Assembly (NCBI RefSeq): GCF_902652985.1 | Contig: NC_047017.1 | Span: 20,584,001-20,648,000 of the forward strand | DNA: 64,000 bases | DNA from: Pecten maximus | Taxonomy: Eukaryota | Direction of reading: 5' to 3' | Shown here: positions 11,701 to 23,700 of the stretch, in pieces | Numbering within the stretch: the first letter of the stretch is position 1 | Layout: every line of letters starts with the position of its first letter | Notes under the pieces: model-generated | The model's database searches: none | Told to the model about the DNA's origin: nothing | What the model saw: the letters and a program-made list of their open reading frames with translations, nothing else | Position numbers and translations under genes: made by a program

Positions 11701-14700
11701 GGAGTCCCACAAGTAAGTGATATGTGTTCCCTGAGAAGTCCCACAAGTAAGTAGCATGTGTTCCCTGAATCCCACAAGTCAGTAGCATGTGTTCCCTGAG
11801 GAGTCCCACAAGTCAGTAGCATGTGTTCCCTGAATCCCTCAATTAAGTAGCATGTGTTCCCTGAGGAGTCCCACAAGTCAGTAGCATGTGTTCCCTGAAT
11901 CCCTCAATTAAGTAGCATGTGTTCCCTGAATCCCACAAGTAAGCAGCATGTGTTCCCTGAATCCCACAAGTAATTAGCATGTGTTCCCTGAATCCCACAA
12001 GTAATAAGTAGCATGTGTTCCCTAAATCCCACAAGTGAGAGGTGTGTGTTCCCTGAGGAGTCCCATTAGTAAGTTTCATGTGTTCCTTGCAGTCCCACAA
12101 GTGAGAGGTGTGTGTTCCCTGAGGAGTCCCATTAGTAAGTTTCATGTGTTCCTTGCAGTCCCACAAGTGAGAGGTGTGTGTTCCCTGAGGAGTCCCATTA
12201 GTAAGTAGCATGTGTTCCTTGCAGTCCCACATGTGAGTGGTGTGTGTTCCCTGAGGAGTCCCATTAGTAAGTAGCATGTGTTCCCTGGAGTCCCACATGT
12301 AAACACACTTTGTAAATAAATAATCATTTATTGAGGTTAATCGTTTGTTGAGGAATTAACTTGAACCTCTTTACATTTCTGACAATATTAGACTACATTG
12401 TTTACCACTTCCTCCATTATAGGGCAGTAATGGCTCAACTGAACAAGCAGATAGAGGACTACAGGGAACAGCTGGGGAAGGAGCGTAAGGAAAGGTAGGC
12501 CTGTCATTCAGTAGAAACTCTTGTTGTTTCTTCACACTTTCTGTTAATTTTTTTCAATTTGGATTAAAGAGATTACAATATTGTTACCAAGATCTCCTGC
12601 TAGAATTTTATCCAAGGTTTAGAAGGAATTACCGAATATAAAATATATTCAAATGACTTGTTAGATCAGCTGGTTTTAGACCATAGGTGCTTAACCTGTG
12701 GTAAATAATTGTTTGTCTGGTCATTATCTAAGGATTGCCTCTCTGGAATACCATAAATGGAATTATACAGCAGAGGGGGTATAGATATAGGGCATTATAG
12801 GGGTATATATAGGGCCATACATGTATATATGTAGGGCCATATGGGGGTATATGTAGGGCCATATAGGGATATATGTAGGGCAAAATAGGGAGATATATAC
12901 CCCGGTAGGGCCATATAGGGATATAGGGCAATACAGGATGAAATAGAGATATATAAAGGGCAAACAAGGGGTATTTATAGGGCCAACTAGGGATATATAT
13001 TGGGTGAAATAGAGGTCTATAAAGGGTCAAAAAGGGGCAATATAGGGTGAAATAGGGGTGCATATAGTGCCAATTAAGGGTATATATAGGGCCAATTAGG
13101 GGCAATATAGGGTCAAATAGGGGCATATATAGGGCAAAATAGGGGTGTATATATAGGGCCAAATAGGGAAAATATAGGTTGAAATAGGGGCAGTATAGGG
13201 GTGTATATATAGGGCCATATAGGGGTATATGTATGGGGTCAAATAGAGGTGTCTGAGAAACAGTACACATGGTAAGGTAAACATGAGACTTGAGTTGAAT
13301 AACAAAGAGGATTATATAGGTCACAGTTATTTTGATGATCTCGAGTAAATTAACTGCCATACAGATGGTTATACAGAATGATAAAGGCTGCGGGATTATA
13401 TAATCACTCTGCATCAACAAGTATATTTAGGATTCTGAACTATAAAGTTCATCAGTAAAATTACAAAAGTCCCACTTTTCACGATTTCTTCTGTTTTAAC
13501 AATCACATTTATTTTTCATATTTGTTTCACTCTTTGTTGTAGATAATTTGACATTTTAGTCTTATTGTATGAGGGTCATCAACTGCACAGAAACACTACT
13601 GATATACATGTACATTTCATACTTAATTTAGATGTTGCTTTCCTGATAGTTTTGGTCAAAAATTTAACAGCATATTCACAACGATTTTCCCATAAATTAA
13701 TTTTGATCTTTTTAATATAAATTTGTAATAAACTATTTTTTTAAAATCTTATCAGCTACATTTTTAACTGACCTTAATGATGTAATTTCTAATAATAAAG
13801 TTTTCATATAAATAGTCTGCGACATTTTCATGTTTCTGGGCATTTGATGAATCATCAATTTCCTCTACACCTAAATCACGAATAATATATTTTTTATTTC
13901 GTTCTTTTCTATTTTCCACTTTTCTTGCACTTAGCCCTATCCCACCACCCCCTCCTGTGGTTGAGCTCCCTCCACCCTCCCCATCCCCTCCACCTCCTCC
14001 CCCTAAGCCAAAGAAACCGAAAAAGAACAAACTGGCCAATTACTACCTACAGACTGGTAACGAACCTAATTATGGTCCCCCAGCCGCACCACCCCTTATA
14101 AACGTACCCCCACGACCCCCACTATCCTCTTCCTCTGACGACGACTACACGGACGATGAGGATGGGTAATTATAACATGTCACATGGTTTGACCCGAGTG
14201 TTATTAATATGACTAATTGGTTTCTGGATGTCTAACGAAGACTGTAATCAGATTGGTTATGTTGGGTGTGTTTACTTCTGTAGCGTGTAGCTATAAATAT
14301 ATATGCTTCAGGTTTACCACCATAATGAAATGTGTGTAAATGATATAGAGAAATTAAGGTTTAATACTGATTTTTTGCCTCATAATCAGTTTTGATTATA
14401 AATTATGGTATATGCGTGTTGTTTTAAGTTCAGACGGATCTATGACTTATCATTTAATCTGAAATTCATCTATGATTTAACCATAAACCAATGTCGTTTT
14501 TTTGAAAACCTTATATTTTTGTTGTAACAGAATACACTTATCTGGTATACTTCTAGTTTGAACAGTTAAGTGATGTGTTACCTTGTATTGGTAAATATTT
14601 GGTAAATATATAATTAAAGAGTCAAATTGAAAATGTCTGAGCAGTTGAAATATTTTTTTTTTGAATTCCCAACAAGATATGATGATTTTTTTTTTCATTC

Positions 14701-17700
14701 ACTGTTAAATTCTGTAACGATAAAAGATTTTAAGGACATCAGCACTACTACTATAAGTAGTGCCGATGTCCTTAAAATCTTTTATCGCTACAGAATTTCT
14801 ACCAAGGTGAATATTTTATGCATAAAATTCCAATACATGTATTTATGATAAATTAATTATCAAACCTTAATTCAAAATTGATCGATTATCATTTATCGGT
14901 TGAAAGGAAGGTTAATTTATCATACACTCTTTTAAACAGAACTGATCTCCAAAATTTGAGGCATGTCAAAGTCAATTAAATATATGTGTCAGTACGCCAG
15001 GCACTACATATAGTAAGTGACTAGATTCTCATATTTTACCTGTAGTTAAAACATTCAGTGAATTCAAAATAAAGCAGAGAGAACATTTTTTCTCAAATTT
15101 AAATATATTAACAGCATGTTGTATAGCTGTGTTGTATGAAAAGGTATATCGTGATAAAACTATGTGGTATTAAACTAACCATGTGTTAAATGATTGTATT
15201 CAAGAAACTAAACTTACAATGTATATTCAAGAGTTCAGACTTATATGTAATACTATATATACTATACAGTGTATTTGTATATACAAATGTATTTATTAAA
15301 TTATGTTTTTATTCAGCAAACTATATTTGTGTTCAATATTATAGATAAAAATTTTAAAACTCGTTTGATATGAAAAGAAATAAGGTTTATCATATTTGAT
15401 AAAAGTACCAAAAAGATTAACATACTATATACATGTATCAACAGATCATCACCTGTCAGAATCAATTTTGTTGTTTTTGTTTTTTTAATTTTATCTATAA
15501 AATTATTTTGAAATATACAAAATGTATTTGTAGGAAATCTTTGTTGGCTGACTGCAAGGTATTTACTTAAGATCCACATTATTGCAGAATCTACATGAGA
15601 ATTTACATTAACTAGAATTTAGTACTAGGACATTATGAGGTAAAATCACGACTAATTCTGATTGTAGGATCATGGTACAGGAACAGAAAAACAGTGTGTC
15701 AAAGAAAGTGGAGGATTTTAAAGTAGACAACCAGAAGTATCTTAGTGACATGAACAAGAAGATACAGGAGGGGAAAGTTCGGCATGTCGATCTCTCAAAT
15801 GAGGTGAGTGATTAAAATCACTAGAATGAAATCTTGTATGGAGTATTAATTGGGTAGGCTTGGTGACCTTCAGGAAATGTAACAAAATGAATGAAAGTGT
15901 CAGAAATCTAAAAAACAAAAAAAGAGTTGGAGATAAAAAAAAATTCATGTTTATTAGATTTTATATTTAGATGTATGGGGAGGGGAGAATTACACAAAAT
16001 ATGCATAGGCCATTTAGTTGCAAAAATTACCAATGCCTGTAATTTTGTGATGAACATGTATGTAGTATTTGTGGAACAGGTGAAAAAGAAAAGATCACAG
16101 AAAAAAATTCTCAATGTACACTGTATATAGATTACCCATCAAACTTACAACATCAAACCCCGCAGAAATAGGCATGTTTACAATATCCTGAAACCTGAAT
16201 GGTATGAGTTTTTTATTTGTTAACTTACTAGGGAGCCAGTCTACAACGAGATCTGAAGCTGGATGAAACTGAAATCTCAAACCTGTCTAGTGACCTCAGT
16301 GAGGTTCAAGGTCGCTATGAGACCATGTACACCAGCATGCAGGGTCGCATTGAAATGATGGAGGTATGCTGCAGGAAGATCTGTCAATTCAGTTTTTATT
16401 TGTTACTGGAAAATCTGACACTTAAGTTTGCACTTTGAGGTGCACTGTTATGAAAATTTCGATGACAATTGAAGAATTAATGATTATCTGGAATGTATTG
16501 ATCAAAATGTTCAAAACATGCAATTTGATGATAAACATGTTTAACTGTATACAAGTAGGTTTTGTTTTTGGTTCTTTCTTTTAATTTTTTTTTTTTTATT
16601 TTAAGCAAAATTTCAGCTAGAAACAAAGACATTGAATATTATATTTAAAAAAATTTCACTACATGAAATTAAGTTACCCGGTATTATTTTTAATTAAACA
16701 AATAAAATCACTTTAATCATCCTTATTTCTTTACAGTGGCAAATTGTGGAGTATGAACGTGGGATTGTGGAGAAGAAGAAGAAAATTGAAGAACAGACAC
16801 CAATATTTCATGATTTAGAAAAATTGTTTGAAGAGAGAACTAATGCTTATGATGAACTGAAAAGGGGCATAGCTAGTATGTGAAACGCTTTCTGTTCCCT
16901 ATCACACTTGTGACTGTGCAGGGCCAAAATTCATGGCAAACGTTCTCAGAGAGTTTTATTTATTGAATGTGTACTCATTGTGTGTCTTTTTCATGTTGAT
17001 TTGCTAGTTTCAATCTTTAATTGCAAAGTGAATGTTTAAAAAACACTTCTTTCAATAATTTCTCTTTTAAATATTTCTTCACTTTTACTGCTTAAAACAG
17101 GTTTCGATATTTGAGACACTTTTTTCGGATTGAATTTTGCATGTACATGTGTAATTACACAGGGACTTGACACACATTTTCAAGCTATGGTCGATATATA
17201 TATTATATATATATGGACCTTGGGTTGAACAGTCATTTCAAGTCCCTATGATATGTACTATATGATTTTCAAACCATCTGAACACAAAAAGCTAATTATT
17301 TACAGTTATGTGATTCAAGTGTTTGCTGCAAAACTCATCACAACTTTTATTTAACAAAAATACACTCATACTTAATTGTTTAATTCGAGTATTATTTCTA
17401 AATATTGGAATGTAAACACTTAAAAGATATGTTTAACAGCTTAATCAAGTTATACATCAGCATAATTTTTTTTCCAATACATGATATTCATATCATGACC
17501 TTGAAAAGGTGAAATGCTCAGTTGCTAGTTATATGTTCAAGGTCATAGACTGTAAAGGAAATAGCTAGAGCTAGACAAAATCAATGTTTGTTTGAAGTTG
17601 TGTGCCACTGTAACACAGTCTGCTAACCAATTTGTGAAGCTAATTGCTTTTGTAATTTAAAAGAAAACTCTCAGAACGAAGGAAACTTTATTTCGCAAAT

Positions 17701-20700
17701 CACCCAGAAATTTATTAAATTGTATGGGTATATTTGCACCACAGATTGGGGATGGCCAGCGCATCACATACAAGTCATGTCATTCTGTCTAATAATATAC
17801 TGCCTTACACAAAGTTACAAATTAGTACATAATTAGTTTATTGTTCCAACATTTTTCTGTATCAGGTGACTGAGTATCCTGTTGATGATTAATTTTCTAA
17901 TTTAAAAAATTAATTCTACCCTTTGAAAAAAAAAATCTAGTTATGTATTCTCCTTTTGGATTATATTGTTGTACATTTCCATGGTATTTGTTAACCTCTA
18001 AATCTTGAAGGACATTTTCTTATACAAACATAAGAATAGCATTCACCCTATAGAAATAAAATCTTATGTAAGGCATCATGTGATGTCATTTCAGCCAATA
18101 GATGAACAGAATCAGATGCCATCAACAGGATATATGTGTTAACATGTGTCACACACACTGATGTTGTGTCTAAATTAATGTAACAAGGTGTACGGGAGAA
18201 TTGATATTAGCATAATTAATCGAAAATAAATAGAGAATTAGAAAGGTCCAGTACATGTGGTTTGTTGACTATATTGTTTACAGGTCCTTTTATGAGAAAA
18301 TTTTTTCAGGCATTTTTTCATTTTGTTTTTTTATTAAAATCTAAAATTATGATAACAGGAGGTTGAAAATTGAAATCACATTCTGACAATTAAAATAACA
18401 TGTTATTTGAAAATAAGATTTATGAAATGAATGTTTTACATCAAACTGGTGAAACACAAAAATTAAGATTATTGAAATTTTATAATATTTTTGTTAAACA
18501 ATGCTGTTTAATCTTCTAGAGATGCGACAGAAAAAGAGTGCTCTAGATGAACAGATACGGAAAACCTTAGACACAAAGGACAACCTTGTCGGACCTCGGG
18601 TAAGGTTGAAAAATTTTTCACATTTGCGATTTTGCCTATCTTTATAAGTAATTAAGTTTCAGTGATCATCTCTACAAGACCTGACAAGTCATATGAATTA
18701 GTTTGGAGGAAAACTATTCATCTTATTGAAATTGAATGCAGTAAATCTGTTCTGATTTTAGTGTGACAATAATCAGCTGATTTTGAAATCAACACCAATG
18801 TAACATTTCTTTGGTAGTTAATCTGTTTATCATTCCTGGTAATATTTGAAATATTGTGAAGAAATTTTGTTTTAAATATTAAAAAATTATTTCTTGAAGG
18901 AAAAAATGAAGGAGTCTTTAAAGACCAAGCGAATAGAGTCAATAGAACAGCTGAAGAAACAAGGAGAGGAACGACAGAAAATGGAAAGGGAGATATATCA
19001 GGCTGGCTGTAAACTGAAAACGATAATCGAGGAGAACAAGAAGATTGAGGATGTGTGTATCAGACCAAATATGTTTTTATATTAATTTTTAATATTTATA
19101 TAGATCATTCGAGGGGCTTAATAATGGTTGCTTAGAGCCCAACAATTGGTACAGATCTTTTAGATAAAGATCTAACAACTGATGTAGGCTGAGTTTTCAT
19201 ATAGAGATCCAATGGTTGATACATAAGGGGAAATCGAGCTATAGTTTTACCCTGGCTTCGTCATCAGTGTCGGTTGTAGACAATTATGTTAAATTTTTTA
19301 TAAAACAGTTTTACCTGTTTGGGACCAAAATCTACAGGATGGAGTTTTTGTTTGATTTTGTAAATTAGCCTTGTTTAAACCAAACCAAGAACAGGGGTAG
19401 ATATATGCTAACAAGCAATTTACACTGTACCTGTAGCTTAACATGGGTATCCATTTATTCCCTGTATTTAATGTAAACTCAGAATTTAAATTATTTGCTG
19501 TAAGAATGTGTTAAGTTGTTGTTCTTTATATTTAGTTGACAAATGGAACTAATACTTTCCTACTATTGTGGTACTTTTATCTGATTGATCTTATAGGTCA
19601 TGACAGTTGACCATGTCAAAAAAGTTTCCGTTCTGACAGCAAATGTTTTCTTTTTTAGGGTTGTAACAAATACCAAGCTGATATGGATGAGCTTCAAAAA
19701 CAAATGAATGATGACGAACGTGTGAAAGAAAGGCTTCAGAACACACTGGATGAAGTAAAAGGTAAAGCAACAAGTTTCACAAATATCTGATATGTGAAGG
19801 GAATTTTTTTTCTTGTTTGTTTTTTTTGTTTGCTTGTTTTATTTCATAGAAAAATTATGGAAAAAGTTTGCTTTGAAAGTAAAAAAAATTTATGTGTTTT
19901 TAACATTGCAAGTTTTACAATTATCCGATATGTGAAGGAATTTTTTGTTGTTGTTGTTTTGTTTGCTTGCTTGAGTTTTTTTTCGTGAATTTTTTTTTGT
20001 TTTGAACAGTTTACGTATTTTTTTGTTACAGTGGGCCTCACAGAAAGCTGGCAAAGTGACAGGGATATGGAAGAGGTATGTACTTAATCCGGCCTACTGA
20101 ATCTATATCCAACATACCTACATTGTTATTTAGGAAGACATTCATCATATCATTGATTGATATACTTTGTACTACTGCCCGGCAGGTAGGGCGTAAGAAT
20201 TGTACCTGTTGCGGTCATAAGAGGCAAGTACATTTGGATATTTTTCTTCTTTCTAAACAATTTTCTTTTTCCTACGGTCTCCCTTGACACTGCCTCACTT
20301 TAGGCCTTTAGATGAGCATTCTTTCCCGTGTGAGGAAGGTTTTGGGTTCTGTCCCCTGGCCGAGACATACTAGAGAGTATAGAATGGTTGTCTCTTCTCT
20401 TGCTTAACACTTAGCCTGTTAAGAGTGGGACAACTTGTTCGCCCGTTGATGATGTGACCAGGTGGGGTGTCCTGCTGGGTGTCTTCAGCAGTATGATTCA
20501 GTGAGGTAGCACTATAAAGTAGGCATTAGGTCTGTGCTGTCAGAAGGAGACAAACATGAATCTACTTCAGACTCCCAAAACACACATGCATAAACTACAT
20601 ACATGCATTTCACACACTGGAGAGGCCATCCTTAGGTGACCGCAGCTGGAGATAGGACGTTTTAAAATACTAAACTAGACTAAACTTAACTCTAAAGTAT

Positions 20701-23700
20701 GGTATTTTGTGTATATATACAAACTGATGTACCAAGGAACATATCCTCAAGAGCTGCTGGACTGATTTTGACCAAACATGGAAAGGGGCTGAATATTTTT
20801 TCTTAGGAACTAGGAATTTACATCAAAATGTCAAATCATTGCTGGCTCAAGGGTAAAAGATGAGGAGGAAATAAGTACAGGTTCACCAGGTTGAGTTTTA
20901 ATATGATTTCATGAGCATGCATTTTATTTTTTCAATTTGATTTGAAATAAAAAAAGCAAGGTCCCTTAAATCTGTCCTTTGATTGGCTGAGACCTTTATT
21001 GTAAGGTCACGTTGTCCATTGATTGGCTGAAACATGTTCCATTAGGTCACCCTGTCTTCTGCAAGACAGGTATATATTTGACTTATTCTTAATTACACCA
21101 GAATGATAATTTCAAACATCAGAAAAATGTTTATTCTTTGATGATAATATGGATATCAAGGTCTTACTGTCGCTGAGTTAGAATGATTACAACACAGGCA
21201 AACATTTTTTGGTTTGTTTGGTTTGTTTTTGTTTAACGTCCTATTATCAGCCAGGGTCATTTAAGGATGTGCCAGGTTTTGGAGGTGGAGGAAAGCCGGA
21301 GTACCCGGAGAAAAACCACCAGCCTACAGTCAGTATCTGGCAACTGCCCCATGTAGGTTTCGAACTCGCAACCCAAAGGTGGAGGGCTAGTGATAAAGTG
21401 TCGGGACACCATAACCTCTCAGCCCCTACAGGCAAACAAAACAAATGGATCTAATTAAAAGTCATATATTAAGACTACATTTTGTATGTCAATTAAAAAA
21501 AAATTCAATTGATATGTTGAATCATTACAGAGATACACGGAGCGTGACCAGTTAATCGTGGATGACCTTGGGAAGCTCATGCATAAAACAGAAAAGCGAA
21601 GTGAAAAAATATCAGAGATTTCCGATAATCTGGAGGGAGAGTTAGCAGTGTTGGCCGGATTTCTGGAGAATCTGGCTACACGCAGACCAAGAGGTAGGCA
21701 TCAGTTTCTGATTTAATCTACAAAATATGTTTACTTATTAATGAAAAAGTAGTAAATACTTTATATCTTAAGACATAAACACAGATTCTATACATATATC
21801 TTGTGTTACATAGTAATAATGTTGTTTTGGATATACATGTATTTCAATATTGTATATATATATTCATCAATTAGAGAGATTTAATTTAATCACATTTTCT
21901 TTGTAGAATTTTATCTTTAATTGTAGATAATGAGTTTTTATCATACGGTATTCACATGTAGTTTTTCTTCTGTGAAAATATTTTTTGTTTGTGATGTAGC
22001 TCTATTTAGAGTCATTATAAATAAGTTTCTTATCTGAGACAAAATGAACTTATTCTGACTTCTTTTAAATAACCAATGAATATATTTTCCTTTGAACTTA
22101 AAATTTAGGACTTCAGATTAAAGCTAATGCTTCAACTTCTGTTTGTCTTTTATGTCCAGAATTAGAAAACATTTTAGAAAATATTTGCAAAGCTCTGGCA
22201 TCTATATTGACCATAGACACCAAAAAAAGACCGTTTAATCCTTAAATAACACATAAAACCTATGTAATAGTTGTGTATTGTAAATATTTAAAGTTAAATA
22301 GATGATATTCCAGTGTACATGAACTTGATTTTTTCAAGGCAGGAGACTCTTTCCCTCTTTATATATGTCTTACAAACCAGAGAACTAGTCCCCTTTCAAA
22401 TGTCACATAAATCACAACACAACTTGTAGAATGTAGTTTTCACACTATAATGTACATTTTGTATTAGTTTAATATTATTACCTTCAATGTTGTTTGATGT
22501 TTGATGTTATAAGATGGTGCCGTGTTCCAGAGATGCAGTAATATACAAATGTGCCAGGGCCAGGGTGGGGAATATTAATAATCATTTGTATGTCACATTA
22601 CTAACATTGTCTTTAATCATCTTCTTCATCAAAATTATGATCACAACTTTATAGGAAAGAAAAAGCCATCGGACAAGAGGTAATGTTCATCTACGCACGT
22701 AAATTAATTTCTGTTGTCATTTTGTCAAACCACATGTCAAGGTCAACAGTGATTATGCCCCATCTACACGTACATGGTATAGTCCGCTATGACAAACTGC
22801 TACCACCAAATGCTTTTCATATGTCACGAGCCCACAGAATACAGAAGCTAGAATCCTAATAAATCTGTATGCTTCCTTATGATATTGTTCATGGTCTGAA
22901 TTTAAAAGCATGAATCACAGATATTCTAACAAGTGTGTGAATTGTTAAAAAATATAAATAATATGACACTAAAAATAAATATAAAATTAAGAATATTTTT
23001 TTAATTTAGCACATGGTTACTCAACATTGGTAACCATGCAGAAAGCATTGTTTGATAATTCATTACAATCATTGTCTTGAAATAAATATTTTGTTTTGCT
23101 AGATTGAAAATGATTTTAGTGACAGCAAAGTAACAGGCTAGTTATTTTGGGGATATGTTTAAGTATACAATTTTTTTTTAAGTATAAAAATAAATCTATA
23201 AACAATTTCGTTGATAGCAAGGAACATATTTTTATGTTCATGGAGGACAGGATGCATTATTGTTTTCATGATGCCAGTGGGTGGGTGAGTGAGTGCACAG
23301 TGTCTGCTGAACATCAGGAGTAATTGCAGACAGATTAGCTTCAAACTAACTTTAAATTTTGGAGTTATGGCCCTTTATGCATTGGCCTTACAATGTCAAC
23401 ATATGTTGAGCATTTACTGATGGATAAACATGAAGTTACCATAAAACCCTGGACAAATTTGATAATTATAATTATTGGAGAATTATGATAGTTCTGCAGT
23501 ACACCTTTTCTGATAACTATTGCACATGCAGGCAGAGCTATAAAAGAATGAATTATTCATACCCTGCCTTCCCTCCTCAGAACTCTGTAGGTAGTCCAGT
23601 GCTATATATATTATTGCAGTTAAGCTATAAATAAAAGTTCTGTTTACTTCATATGTCATCTAATATTTCACACGTCTAATAGTTGTAGTTAAACTAGTAC

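Noticed and set aside
11700-12305. CRISPR-like appearance of the roughly 30-bp repeats (also the 39- and 60-bp arrays)
   Set aside because: Units are contiguous with no unique spacers, there are no cas genes, and the context is eukaryotic introns.
12728-13420. 230-aa Pro/Tyr-rich minus-strand ORF
   Set aside because: It derives from a degenerate minisatellite, lies antisense within a CCDC175 intron and has no splice or homology support.
20807-20890. Possible additional CCDC175 exon
   Set aside because: Exons 20032-20075 and 21531-21693 already join in frame, and this segment gives no convincing frame-preserving coiled-coil sequence.
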